NCBI GenBank assembly: GCA_002701645.1
Contig: NZWP01000013.1
Span: 778-64,777 of the forward strand
Direction of reading: 5' to 3'
Length of the DNA: 64,000 bases
Origin: Fidelibacterota bacterium
Lineage (GTDB): Bacteria > Fidelibacterota > Marinisomatia > Marinisomatales > Marinisomataceae
Position numbers and translations under genes: made by a program. A model generated the notes under the pieces. The model did no database searches and was not told where the DNA came from. It saw only the letters and a list, made by a program, of their open reading frames with translations. Below, piece by piece: positions 9,899 through 19,405 of this stretch (positions are counted from its first letter, which is position 1; each line of letters opens with the position of its first letter).

Positions 9899-10727
9899 TT
9901 CTTATGCTAAAATCAATCTCGGGTTGCATGTTCTTAATGAGAGAGCAGATGGTTTTCATAATATTACTACTATTTTTCAAGAGCTTAATTTTTGCGATCA
10001 AATAACAATTGAAGAATCCCAAAAAATGAGCTTTGACACGAATGTTGATTGGGTAGATCGAAACAATAACACCTGCGTAAAAGCAATAAAAATTTTACAA
10101 AACCATTATTCTGATTTACCTAATTTTAAAATTTTTTTACAAAAGAATATTCCTACAAATGCCGGTCTAGGAGGAGGGTCTAGTAATGGTACAGCTACCC
10201 TAAAGGCAATTAACCAATTATGCGAGTTAAATATCCAAGAAAAAGAAATGAAACAATTTGCAGAAAAAATTAGTGCAGACTCAACATTTTTTGTCAATGG
10301 CGGACTGCAAGGCGGGGAACAAAAAGGAGAAAAGCTATACCCAATCAAAGATAGTACAATTGACACCCAGATTTTACTCGTAATGCCCAGTATAAGAGTA
10401 CAGACTTCCGATGCTTTTATGTTTATAAAAAAGTATTTGGTAAAAGGAAAAACGGACGTTAAGTTGTCGCAAATGTTGGAAGAGCTTAAAGTTAATAAAT
10501 TAAGCTCCGAGTTATTTTACAATGATTTTGAGATGTATGTTTTTAAGACACATCCAGAAATTGGCAAAATCAAATTAGAGATTTTGGATTTAGGTGCAAA
10601 ATACGCCAGTTTGTCGGGTAGTGGTTCGACTGTGTTTGGAATATTCTCAGACAAACAAACAGCGCAAAAAGCGCAGTCTTTTTTCAGTCCCCATTATTCT
10701 ACAATTATAGCGAATCCAAAAATTTAA
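9888..10727 (+). CDS. ispE: 4-diphosphocytidyl-2-C-methyl-D-erythritol kinase
   Basis: 'AKINLGLHVL..R.DGFH', GHMP motif 'IPTNAGLGGGSSNGTA', 'SLSGSGSTVFGIF'. Conserved position upstream of prs. Confidence 0.85.
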   Translation: MQINSYAKINLGLHVLNERADGFHNITTIFQELNFCDQITIEESQKMSFDTNVDWVDRNNNTCVKAIKILQNHYSDLPNFKIFLQKNIPTNAGLGGGSSNGTATLKAINQLCELNIQEKEMKQFAEKISADSTFFVNGGLQGGEQKGEKLYPIKDSTIDTQILLVMPSIRVQTSDAFMFIKKYLVKGKTDVKLSQMLEELKVNKLSSELFYNDFEMYVFKTHPEIGKIKLEILDLGAKYASLSGSGSTVFGIFSDKQTAQKAQSFFSPHYSTIIANPKI

Positions 10728-10729
10728 TT

Positions 10730-10801
10730 TGGGGGGTCGTCTAATTGGCAGGACACCTGGTTTTGGTCCAGGCAGTCGGGGTTCGAGTCCCTGCTCCCCA
10801 A
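10730..10801 (+). tRNA. tRNA-Gln (anticodon TTG)
   Basis: Hand-folded cloverleaf: acceptor TGGGGGG/CTCCCCA, D-arm GTCT..GGAC, anticodon stem CCTGG/CCAGG with loop TTTTGGT, T-arm CGGGG-TTCGAGT-CCCTG. No encoded CCA. Confidence 0.85.
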
Positions 10802-10814
10802 CAAATAAAAAATT

Positions 10815-11777
10815 ATGGGACAATATATACAAAAACTATTTTCCGGTACAAGCAACCGCGAGCTAACTGCTAAAATTGCAGAGCAAGCCAACTTACCTGT
10901 TGGCGACCTTGTAATTGAACGATTTAGTGACGGTGAAATATGGGTGAAGTATAATGAAAATTTACGCGGTAATGATGTTTATATCGTACAAAGCACTAAT
11001 GCACCAGGAGATAATATTATTGAGCTAGCATTATTAATTGATGCAGCCAAACGTGCAAGTGCAGAAAAAATCAATGTAGTTATTCCATATTTTGGATATT
11101 CCAGACAAGATAGAAAAGATAAACCAAGAGTTCCTATCTCTGCCAAAGTGATGATGGATATTTTCACACAAGCTGGTGCAGATAGAATTATTACTATGGA
11201 TCTTCACTCGACACAAATACAAGGTTTTACTAGCATTCCAGTTGACAATTTATATGGGAGCTTAGTTTTGATGGATACACTACAAATATTTTTTGATAAA
11301 ATTAAAAATGATCACAAATGTGTAGTTTTATCCCCTGATATTGGTTCAAATAAATTGAGTCAAGCTTATGCTAAGAAACTGGGCATTGGTTTTGCATTAA
11401 TAGATAAACGAAGAAACGCACACAACCAATCTGAGGTCGCACACCTAGTGGGGAATCTAGACGATAGGCATGTTTTAATTATTGATGACATGATTGATAC
11501 TGCAGGCACTATTTTTAATGCTGCTACAGTAGCTAAAGAAAAAGGGGCATTATCAGTGACAGTAGCTGCTACGCATGGAGTTTTATCGGGTGAATCAATA
11601 AAAAAACTATCCCATAAAAATATTGATAAAGTATTTTTATCTGATACGGTACATATACCAGAGAATAAAAAATTTGAAAAGCTAACAATTGTTTCTTCAG
11701 CAAAAATATTTGCAGATACAATTAGTAGAATTCATAAAGGTGAATCAGTAAGTCAACTATTTGGGGAAGTAACATGA
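10815..11777 (+). CDS. prs: Ribose-phosphate pyrophosphokinase
   Basis: 'VIPYFGYSRQDRK', 'DLHSTQIQGF', PRPP loop 'LIIDDMIDTAGT'. Confidence 0.95.
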   Translation: MGQYIQKLFSGTSNRELTAKIAEQANLPVGDLVIERFSDGEIWVKYNENLRGNDVYIVQSTNAPGDNIIELALLIDAAKRASAEKINVVIPYFGYSRQDRKDKPRVPISAKVMMDIFTQAGADRIITMDLHSTQIQGFTSIPVDNLYGSLVLMDTLQIFFDKIKNDHKCVVLSPDIGSNKLSQAYAKKLGIGFALIDKRRNAHNQSEVAHLVGNLDDRHVLIIDDMIDTAGTIFNAATVAKEKGALSVTVAATHGVLSGESIKKLSHKNIDKVFLSDTVHIPENKKFEKLTIVSSAKIFADTISRIHKGESVSQLFGEVT

Positions 11778-12472
11778 GCAAATTTGAAAAATTAGAAGTA
11801 GATATTCGTAAAGAACAAGGTACATCGGCAGCTAGAAGAACTAGATTGCGCGACAGGGTGCCAGCTATTTTATACCACTCTGGGATAGAAGCAACTCCAT
11901 TATCGATGGATAAAAAAAGTCTATATAAAGCATTAAGAACAGGACAAATGATTTTTGAAGTTATTGTAGATAAAAAATCACAATTTGTGTTATTAAAAGA
12001 AGTTCAGTATCATCCAGTAACAGATGAAGTGATACATGTTGATTTTCAAAAAGTAAAAGAAGATGAAAAACTCTCATTAGAGGTTGCTATAAGAAGCGTC
12101 GGAGAATCTCAGGGCGTAAAATTAGGCGGTATATTAGTACAACTACTTAACTCAGTTACAATTAAATGTAAGCCTTCTGAAATTCCAGAGTTCTTAGAAA
12201 TTGATGTAGCAGAGATGGAGATGAATACTAATCTGTCTGTAAAAGATATTATACTCCCTAAAGATGTAGAAATGATTACACCAGAAGATATTGCAGTCAT
12301 GTCTGTTCAAGAACCTAAAGAAGAGCAGGAAGAAGAAGTGTCTGCTGAAATGGATGAAGAAGGAGCAGAAGATTCAGAGGATTCAGATACGACTGAAGGT
12401 GGGGAATCTTCAGAAAAAGCAGAAGATAGTGCTCCAGAATCAGGTGATAAATCAGATGGAGACAATCAATAA
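11774..12472 (+). CDS. rplY: 50S ribosomal protein L25/general stress protein Ctc (long form with acidic tail)
   Basis: 'RRTRLRDRVPAILYHSG', the conserved prs-ctc-pth position, and an unusually long D/E/S-rich C-terminal tail (about 50 aa). Confidence 0.85.
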   Translation: MSKFEKLEVDIRKEQGTSAARRTRLRDRVPAILYHSGIEATPLSMDKKSLYKALRTGQMIFEVIVDKKSQFVLLKEVQYHPVTDEVIHVDFQKVKEDEKLSLEVAIRSVGESQGVKLGGILVQLLNSVTIKCKPSEIPEFLEIDVAEMEMNTNLSVKDIILPKDVEMITPEDIAVMSVQEPKEEQEEEVSAEMDEEGAEDSEDSDTTEGGESSEKAEDSAPESGDKSDGDNQ

Positions 12473-13041
12473 TGATAATTTTTGTTGGGCTAGGTAATAG
12501 TGAATCAAAATATCTTTCTACTAAGCATAATGTAGGTTTTTGGGTGATGGATAAATTTGCAGAATCCCATGATATGGATTTCAAACCAGGCAAGGGTAAC
12601 TATATTTTTGCAAAAAAAGGTAGTGAATTCTTACTGGTTAAACCGACTACTGGTATGAACAATAGTGGCTCTATAATTCGCGAAGTACTAAATTTTTATA
12701 AAGCTGAGATAAAAAATCTTGTCGTAGTTTTTGATGATGTAGATTTACCGTTAGGTGAAATTCGAATTAAAACAGATGGCGGCGATGGCTGTCACAACGG
12801 TATGAAATCAATTCTTCAAGCCCTTTCAACTGATCAAATTACCAGATTAAAAATTGGTATTGCTGCTTCAGACTATAGAAGGCCTTCAGAAAAATATGTA
12901 CTAAAACCATTTAATAAAAAATTTCATCCCTTAGTAGAAGAAGTGCTAGTTACAGCAAATGAGGCTATGCTTTCAATACTCAATAAAGGAACCAATGAAA
13001 CAATGAATAATTTTAATAAACAAAATATAGGAGTAGCATAG
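12472..13041 (+). CDS. pth: Peptidyl-tRNA hydrolase
   Basis: 'IIFVGLGN', 'TKHNVGFWV', '[22 protein letters not shown]'. Confidence 0.9.
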   Translation: MIIFVGLGNSESKYLSTKHNVGFWVMDKFAESHDMDFKPGKGNYIFAKKGSEFLLVKPTTGMNNSGSIIREVLNFYKAEIKNLVVVFDDVDLPLGEIRIKTDGGDGCHNGMKSILQALSTDQITRLKIGIAASDYRRPSEKYVLKPFNKKFHPLVEEVLVTANEAMLSILNKGTNETMNNFNKQNIGVA

Positions 13042-15086
13042 TGGAAAATCTATTTTACTTAATACCAGTATCTGGTGTTTTAGCAATTTTATTTGGGCTT
13101 ATGAAAAGCAACTGGATTAATAAACAAAATCCAGGTAACGAAAAAATGCAAGAAATTGGTCTTGCAATTCGTGAAGGTGCAACCGCATTTATTGTTAGAG
13201 AGTATAAAGTTCTAGCAGTGTTTGTTGTAATAGTAGCCGGATTATTGTACTTGGTAAATATGGCTAGCGATACGACGGAAGTAGCGTTTTCTTTTGTTGT
13301 GGGAGCAGCTTGTAGTGCTTTAGCTGGAGCTTTAGGAATGCGTGTAGCAACCTTAGCAAATCACAGAACAACAGAAGCAGCGAGAACAAGCTTAAGCTCA
13401 GCGCTAAATGTTGCATTCAATGGTGGAGTAGTGATGGGAATGAATGTAGTAGGTCTAGGAATTCTAGGGCTATCATTATTATTCTATATCTATAGTGACG
13501 GCTTAATGAGTACAGACTTAAGCAATGTAATGACGAAAGTTTCTGGTTTTGCAATGGGAGCATCATCAATTGCTTTGTTTGCAAGAGTAGGCGGAGGAAT
13601 TTATACAAAAGCTGCAGATGTTGGAGCAGATTTAGTTGGTAAGGTAGAAGCCGGAATACCGGAAGATGACCCTAGAAATCCTGCAACTATTGCAGATAAC
13701 GTTGGTGATAACGTTGGTGATGTTGCTGGAATGGGAGCAGACTTATTTGAATCTTATGTCGGATCTATGATTGGTGCAATGGTGTTAGCCGCTGCCGCAG
13801 GTTCTACAGAGTTAGTATTTTTACCTTTATTTTTAGCAGCAGCAGGAATTGGTGTATCTATCTTAGGTACATTTTTTGTAAAGACAAAAGAAGGCGGAAA
13901 TCCACAAACTGCACTTAATATCGGAGTTTTTGGTTCGGGAGCTGCAATGTCAGTGGTGAGTTATTTTCTTATTAAGGAATTTGTGACTGAATCAGTAAAC
14001 TTAGGAATAGATCATACTGCAGTGGGTTCAATTCATTTATTTGCTGCAACCATAGTAGGTCTTGTATCTGGTATAGCAATTGGTTTATTAACAGAATATT
14101 ATACCTCAGATCATCAAAGGCCTTCAAGAGCAATAGCGGAAGCCAGTGAAACAGGAGCAGCCACAAATATTATTTCTGGCTTAGCAAATGGTATGTTTTC
14201 AACAGCATTACCAGTGCTTGTAATTGCAGGAGCAATTATGGGATCTTATCATTTTGCAAGTCTTTATGGTATTGCTTTAGCTGCGCTAGGAATGTTATCC
14301 ACAATTGGAATTCAATTAGCAGTTGATGCATATGGTCCGATTGCAGACAATGCTGGTGGTATTGCTGAAATGGCTGAACTACCAAAAGAAGTGAGAGAAA
14401 GAACAGATAAATTAGATGCAGTAGGAAATACTACAGCAGCTATTGGTAAAGGGTTTGCAATTGGTTCTGCCGCTCTTACCTCATTAGCTCTTTTTGCAGC
14501 ATTTAGAGAGACTGTTGGAGGGTTGGTGTTAGATATTAGCGACCCAACTATTATGGCTGGTTTGTTTATAGGAGCCTCTCTTCCTTTTGTATTTTCGGCA
14601 CTTGCGATGCAAGCGGTTGGAGATGCTGCTTTCGAAATGATTGAAGAAGTAAGAAGACAATTTAGAGAAATCAAAGGTCTTCTAGATGGTAAGCCTGGCG
14701 TAAAAGCTGACTATGCAAAATGTGTAGATATAGCAACAACAGCTGCTATCAATAAAATGGTTCTCCCTGGAGCGCTAGCAATTTGTACCCCTATCTTTTT
14801 TGGGCTAGTATTAGGACAAAAAGAAATGTTAGGTGGCATATTAGCTGGAGTAACAGTGACAGGAGTTCTATTAGCTATCTTTATGTCTAACGCTGGAGGT
14901 TCATGGGACAATGCAAAGAAATACATTGAATCTGGTGCACATGGCGGGAAAGGAAGCACAGCACATAAGGCTGCTGTTGTAGGCGATACTGTAGGAGATC
15001 CATTCAAGGATACTGCAGGGCCATCTTTAAATATTTTAATTAAGCTGATATCGGTTGTATCATTAGTGATCGCACCGCTTATCTAA
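13041..15086 (+). CDS. hppA: Membrane-integral ion-translocating pyrophosphatase (K+-dependent sequence type)
   Basis: 681 aa, polytopic. '[21 protein letters not shown]', '[18 protein letters not shown]' (Ala at the A/K position, not Lys), '[21 protein letters not shown]'. The GTG start overlaps the pth stop by 1 nt. Confidence 0.95.
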   Translation: MENLFYLIPVSGVLAILFGLMKSNWINKQNPGNEKMQEIGLAIREGATAFIVREYKVLAVFVVIVAGLLYLVNMASDTTEVAFSFVVGAACSALAGALGMRVATLANHRTTEAARTSLSSALNVAFNGGVVMGMNVVGLGILGLSLLFYIYSDGLMSTDLSNVMTKVSGFAMGASSIALFARVGGGIYTKAADVGADLVGKVEAGIPEDDPRNPATIADNVGDNVGDVAGMGADLFESYVGSMIGAMVLAAAAGSTELVFLPLFLAAAGIGVSILGTFFVKTKEGGNPQTALNIGVFGSGAAMSVVSYFLIKEFVTESVNLGIDHTAVGSIHLFAATIVGLVSGIAIGLLTEYYTSDHQRPSRAIAEASETGAATNIISGLANGMFSTALPVLVIAGAIMGSYHFASLYGIALAALGMLSTIGIQLAVDAYGPIADNAGGIAEMAELPKEVRERTDKLDAVGNTTAAIGKGFAIGSAALTSLALFAAFRETVGGLVLDISDPTIMAGLFIGASLPFVFSALAMQAVGDAAFEMIEEVRRQFREIKGLLDGKPGVKADYAKCVDIATTAAINKMVLPGALAICTPIFFGLVLGQKEMLGGILAGVTVTGVLLAIFMSNAGGSWDNAKKYIESGAHGGKGSTAHKAAVVGDTVGDPFKDTAGPSLNILIKLISVVSLVIAPLI

Positions 15087-15098
15087 CGGAGAAAGTAT

Positions 15099-15452
15099 AT
15101 GAATTATTATGAAATATTATATGTTGTAAACCCGAACCATGGTAAAGATAAAATATCTGAAATTATTGGTGAGGTAAGCAGTCATATTGAATCTAAAAAA
15201 CATGCAGTAGTTGATCACAATTTTTGGGAGAAAAAACAATTAGCATATCCTGTAAATAAGCAGAAATATGGTAATTATGTTTTACTTAATGCTGAGTTTA
15301 AAAATTCAGATTTTGTGAATGACTTCAAGATGTTTCTTAATCTGCACGCAGAAGTGTTAAAGTATATGATTATTAAACTTGATGGGAAGCCTATAGCTCC
15401 AGCGGAAGATGCTCCTAGCGAAGTAGAAGATAAAAAAGAAAAGGAGAGTTAA
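15099..15452 (+). CDS. rpsF: 30S ribosomal protein S6
   Basis: 'MNYYEILYVVNPN' and the rpsF-rpsR-rplI order. GGAG Shine-Dalgarno upstream. Confidence 0.9.
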   Translation: MNYYEILYVVNPNHGKDKISEIIGEVSSHIESKKHAVVDHNFWEKKQLAYPVNKQKYGNYVLLNAEFKNSDFVNDFKMFLNLHAEVLKYMIIKLDGKPIAPAEDAPSEVEDKKEKES

Positions 15453-15677
15453 ATGTTATCTAGTAGAAAAAAATCTTGTTATTTTAAAAGAAATAACATT
15501 CATGAAATTGATTATAAAGATACTAAACTTTTAAATAGGTTTATTAACGACCAAGGTAAAATTACTCCAAGAAGAGTAACTGGTACCAGTAGTAAGATGC
15601 ACAGAAAACTAGTAACAGCAATTAAGAGAGCAAGAAATATTGCATTGCTTCCGTTTGCGGCTATTGATAGGGACTAA
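15453..15677 (+). CDS. rpsR: 30S ribosomal protein S18
   Basis: '[50 protein letters not shown]'. Confidence 0.9.
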   Translation: MLSSRKKSCYFKRNNIHEIDYKDTKLLNRFINDQGKITPRRVTGTSSKMHRKLVTAIKRARNIALLPFAAIDRD

Positions 15678-15680
15678 CTA

Positions 15681-16127
15681 ATGAAATTAATACTTACAAA
15701 AGATGTAGAGAATGTTGGGAATGAAGGTGATATAGTAGATGTAAAGCCTGGTTTTGGAAGAAATTTTCTTATTCCACAAAAATTAGCAATTATTTTTTCT
15801 AAATCTCAATTAAAACACGTAGAAGAAAAACGTAGCCAAGAAGATCGTAAAATTGAAAGACAAAAAGATGTATTGGTAGATTTACTAGATAAGGTTGCTG
15901 ATTTGGACATGACAGTAAAAATGAAATCCGAAGATGGTGAGAAACTTTTTGGTTCAGTTACAAAATTAGATATTGAAAAACTTTTACTAGAAAAGGATAT
16001 TGTGTTTGATAAAAAATATATTGATTTATCTTCACCCATTAAAACCTTAGGCGAGCATAAGGTTTACGTAAAATTTAGTAATGATATTTCAGGTAGTTTT
16101 AAGCTTACTATTGAAAAAGAAGATTAA
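15681..16127 (+). CDS. rplI: 50S ribosomal protein L9
   Basis: 'MKLILTKDVENVGNEGDIVDVKPGFGRNFLIPQKLA'. Confidence 0.9.
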   Translation: MKLILTKDVENVGNEGDIVDVKPGFGRNFLIPQKLAIIFSKSQLKHVEEKRSQEDRKIERQKDVLVDLLDKVADLDMTVKMKSEDGEKLFGSVTKLDIEKLLLEKDIVFDKKYIDLSSPIKTLGEHKVYVKFSNDISGSFKLTIEKED

Positions 16128-16561
16128 TTTCTTGTCACTTTAATAATTGTTTTTATGTTGTTGCATTCCTTGCAAAAAAATGACATATCTTTAAAATCAG
16201 ATACTTCATCTTTACAACCTGCTTTATTGCTAGCACAGCTATAAGTATATGATTGTGGCGTAACAGGTTCATTCCCTACGGTATTAGTACTTTTTCTTAA
16301 CCAGTTACGAAAAAATGCCCTATAATCTTTTTTTCTTTTATTTGTGGCTTTGAGCCAGTCTAACATTTTAGCTAACTCAAATTCTATATCAATAGTAGGA
16401 AATTTTTGAGACCATATTTTAATTTCTGCTTCGATTTGTGCAATCTGTTCTTTTTTTGATGGTAATTTTCTTTTAGCAATTGGAGCAATTTCTTCAAGTC
16501 GTATCTCAATTTTAACTATTCTTTCTAAAATATCATTTAAGGTTGTTTTTTTATTTGCCAT
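16124..16561 (-). CDS. Hypothetical protein: N-terminal coiled coil, basic middle, C-terminal four-Cys cluster
   Basis: 145-aa ORF with no family I recognise. 'YSCASNKAGCKDEV...FFCKECNN' (C-x7-C ... C-x2-C) suggests a zinc ribbon. Tail-to-tail 4-nt overlap with rplI. Confidence 0.5.
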   Translation of the reverse strand: MANKKTTLNDILERIVKIEIRLEEIAPIAKRKLPSKKEQIAQIEAEIKIWSQKFPTIDIEFELAKMLDWLKATNKRKKDYRAFFRNWLRKSTNTVGNEPVTPQSYTYSCASNKAGCKDEVSDFKDMSFFCKECNNIKTIIKVTRN

Positions 16562-16617
16562 TTTCTTAATTTAGTAGGGATTAATGTGATACAAAACTAT
16601 TAAAAAGGGTATCAATA

Positions 16618-17625
16618 ATGAAAATTACAGCAGAATATATTTGGATGGATGGGCATGAACCAACACAAAAACTCCGTTCAAAAACAAAAATATTAAACAA
16701 AAAAATAGAATCAGTATCAGAATTACCAGAGTGGGGGTTTGATGGTTCTAGTACCAATCAAGCAGAAGGTAATTTTAGCGACTGCCTATTAAAGCCAATA
16801 TGGCTATGCAAAGATCCAATTCGCGGTGAAGACAATATTCTTGTCATGTGCGAAGTAATGAATTCCGATGGATCGGTGCACGCTTCAAATACTAGAGCAC
16901 ATTTAAGAGAATTAGCAGAAAAATTTGCAAAAGAAAATGTCTGGTTTGGCATAGAACAAGAATATACATTTTTTGAGGGGCGTAATCCACTTGGTTGGCC
17001 TGAAGGCGGTTATCCAGCACCACAAGGACCTTTTTATTGTGGAGTAGGTGCCGATGAGGTCTTTGGGCGTGAAATTGTTGAAGATCATTTGGACATATGT
17101 CTTGAGGCTGGACTAGAAGTATCTGGTATTAACGCTGAAGTAATGCCAGGTCAATGGGAGTATCAAATTGGACCACTGGGACCGCTAGAAGTGGCAGACC
17201 AAATGTGGGTATCAAGATGGTTACTTTATAGGGTATCTGAAGATTACGGAGTAAGCGCAACATTACACCCAAAACCTGTGAAGGGCGACTGGAATGGGGC
17301 CGGAGCACATATCAATTTTAGCACACAATCAATGCGCAAAAAAGGCGGCATGAAGGTTATTGAAGATGCTTGTGAAAAACTTAGCAAGAAACACGATGAG
17401 CATATTGCCGTATATGGCGCGCATAATGACCAAAGATTAACAGGCAAACACGAAACATGTAGTATAAGCCAATTTCGTTATGGTGTAAGCGATCGTGGTG
17501 CATCTATTAGAATACCAATGCAAACTGCCAATGATGGGTTTGGGTATCTTGAAGATCGACGACCGTCTGCTAACATGGATCCATATCAAGCTTGCGCGAT
17601 ACTGATTGAAACTACTTGTAGTTAA
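16618..17625 (+). CDS. glnII: Glutamine synthetase type II (eukaryote-like GSII)
   Basis: 335 aa. 'AEYIWMDG', 'GIEQEYTFF', 'NAEVMPGQWEYQIGP', 'HPKPVKGDWNGAGAHINFS', 'ASIRIP'. Confidence 0.9.
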   Translation: MKITAEYIWMDGHEPTQKLRSKTKILNKKIESVSELPEWGFDGSSTNQAEGNFSDCLLKPIWLCKDPIRGEDNILVMCEVMNSDGSVHASNTRAHLRELAEKFAKENVWFGIEQEYTFFEGRNPLGWPEGGYPAPQGPFYCGVGADEVFGREIVEDHLDICLEAGLEVSGINAEVMPGQWEYQIGPLGPLEVADQMWVSRWLLYRVSEDYGVSATLHPKPVKGDWNGAGAHINFSTQSMRKKGGMKVIEDACEKLSKKHDEHIAVYGAHNDQRLTGKHETCSISQFRYGVSDRGASIRIPMQTANDGFGYLEDRRPSANMDPYQACAILIETTCS

Positions 17626-17645
17626 TGATAAGAGAGGTGTAGTCC

Positions 17646-18680
17646 ATGCTCTCAACACAACTGCTTTCTTGGTATTCAGAAAATAAAAGATCTCTCCCTT
17701 GGAGGCTCACTAAAGATCCATATAAAATCTGGATTTCAGAAATCATGTTACAACAAACCCAAGTAGCTACTGTTATTCCTTATTATACAAAATGGATGAA
17801 TAGTTTCCCCGATATTCAAACATTAGCACATGCCGACTATGATCACCTATTAAAACATTGGGAAGGATTAGGCTATTATTCTCGATGTAAAAATATACAC
17901 TTAACAGCAAAAGCCTTAGACAAGGATTTTCCAGATACATTTAACGAGTTAATTAAACTCCCAGGAATTGGTGAATATACCGCAAAAACTATTTTAGCTA
18001 TTGCATACAATCAAACTGAAGTAGGGATAGACACTAATTTAGAGCGCATTGGTTTTAGATTGTTGGGGCTAAAAAAGAAATCAAAGTTTAATAATAATAG
18101 AGTAAAAAAATTTCTTGAGGGCAAACAAGATAAAGCACATCCAGGAGATTTTAATCAAGCTTTAATGGACTTAGGAAGCAATTTTTGTCAGGCAAAAGTA
18201 GTGAATTGCGATGCTTGCCCTATTACCGTTCATTGCAAAGCTGCCTTAACAGATAACCCATTACAATATCCAGAAGTAAAAAAGAATAAACCTATTCCAG
18301 AAATTCAAGTAGCCGTTTGTTTTATTATTTATCAACATAAATTACTCCTGATTCAGCGCCCAGAAAAGAAGATGCTTGCAGGACTGTGGGAATTCCCCGG
18401 GGGTAAGATTGAATCTGGGGAATTAAAAGAAAATGCTGTGATACGAGAAATTAAAGAAGAAACTAATTTATCACTTAAGAATGTAGAATATGTTGGAGAA
18501 ATAAAACATCAATACAGTCATTTTAAAGTGGTTGTATCATTATTTTCTAATACAGTTGATGATATTAGCTCTCTTAAAATTAAAGAAAATTATATATGGA
18601 CTACTATGAAGGGGTTAGATAAGTTTGCTTTGCCGAAAGCAAATTATAAAATGTTAGAACTCTTAAACAAAGACATATAA
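17646..18680 (+). CDS. mutY: A/G-specific adenine DNA glycosylase MutY
   Basis: 'LPWR...DPYKIWISEIMLQQTQV', HhH 'LPGIGEYTA', 4Fe-4S loop 'CQAKVVNCDACPITVHC', C-terminal NUDIX-like 'GLWEFPGGKIE'. Confidence 0.9.
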   Translation: MLSTQLLSWYSENKRSLPWRLTKDPYKIWISEIMLQQTQVATVIPYYTKWMNSFPDIQTLAHADYDHLLKHWEGLGYYSRCKNIHLTAKALDKDFPDTFNELIKLPGIGEYTAKTILAIAYNQTEVGIDTNLERIGFRLLGLKKKSKFNNNRVKKFLEGKQDKAHPGDFNQALMDLGSNFCQAKVVNCDACPITVHCKAALTDNPLQYPEVKKNKPIPEIQVAVCFIIYQHKLLLIQRPEKKMLAGLWEFPGGKIESGELKENAVIREIKEETNLSLKNVEYVGEIKHQYSHFKVVVSLFSNTVDDISSLKIKENYIWTTMKGLDKFALPKANYKMLELLNKDI

Positions 18681-18682
18681 TT

Positions 18683-19405
18683 ATGATCAATGTATTCAAT
18701 AAGATTCTGTCCCGTTTTATTATCTTACTCTTTTTCCCTTTTTTTTCATTGCTACTAATCTTTGTAATTTTATCTAGTTACATAACACATCCTAAAAATA
18801 CTTACCCATTATTGGTCCCATTAGGAGCTAGGCTGACTATGATGAGTGGGTTACAATTTTTTACTGTTAAGGGTAAAGTTCCACCTAAAAAAAATGGACC
18901 ATATTTGTTTATGTTTAATCACGAATCAATGTTTGATGTGTTGATGCTTGCCGGAGCCATTCCATATTACATTAACGCGATTGGATGGGAAGGGGTATTT
19001 AAAATTCCATTGTTTGGATATATGGCCAAGCGATATGGTGCATATTCTATTACACATGACAACACCGATAAAGCCAAAGAAACACTAAAAGCTGCAGAGA
19101 AAATATTATTAGTTGATAAAAATTCAATGGTTTTATCTCCAGAAGGACAACGTACCATTACAGGTGAAATGGGAGAATTCAAAAAAGGCGGTTTTCATTT
19201 TGCTAAAGCCACTAAAGTTACGATAGTTCCTATCGGGTTAATTGGCGCTTACCGAGCAAACAAAAGAACGAGCTGGACGATTAATCCAGGTAGATTAACA
19301 TTGGCATTCGGAAATCCAATTACTGCTGATCAGTATGCAGATTTATCGGTGGAGCAGTTAAGGGATTTGACAAAAGACAAAATTTCGAAACTTATAAAGC
19401 CTTAA
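18683..19405 (+). CDS. plsC: 1-acyl-sn-glycerol-3-phosphate acyltransferase
   Basis: N-terminal TM segment, HX4D 'FNHESMFD', 'SPEGQRT', 'VPIGLIG'. Confidence 0.8.
   Translation: MINVFNKILSRFIILLFFPFFSLLLIFVILSSYITHPKNTYPLLVPLGARLTMMSGLQFFTVKGKVPPKKNGPYLFMFNHESMFDVLMLAGAIPYYINAIGWEGVFKIPLFGYMAKRYGAYSITHDNTDKAKETLKAAEKILLVDKNSMVLSPEGQRTITGEMGEFKKGGFHFAKATKVTIVPIGLIGAYRANKRTSWTINPGRLTLAFGNPITADQYADLSVEQLRDLTKDKISKLIKP

Noticed and set aside
13681-13716. Tandem 12-nt repeat GATAACGTTGGT x2 (plus a diverged third copy)
   Set aside because: It encodes the universally conserved pyrophosphatase motif DNVGDNVGD. It is a coding constraint, not a repeat element or CRISPR-like structure.
13417-15007. 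Four antisense ORFs (63-120 aa) inside hppA
   Set aside because: These are shadow ORFs on the opposite strand of a strongly supported, relatively GC-richer gene. Their translations are low-complexity (Ala/Ser/Pro/Leu-rich) with no motifs.
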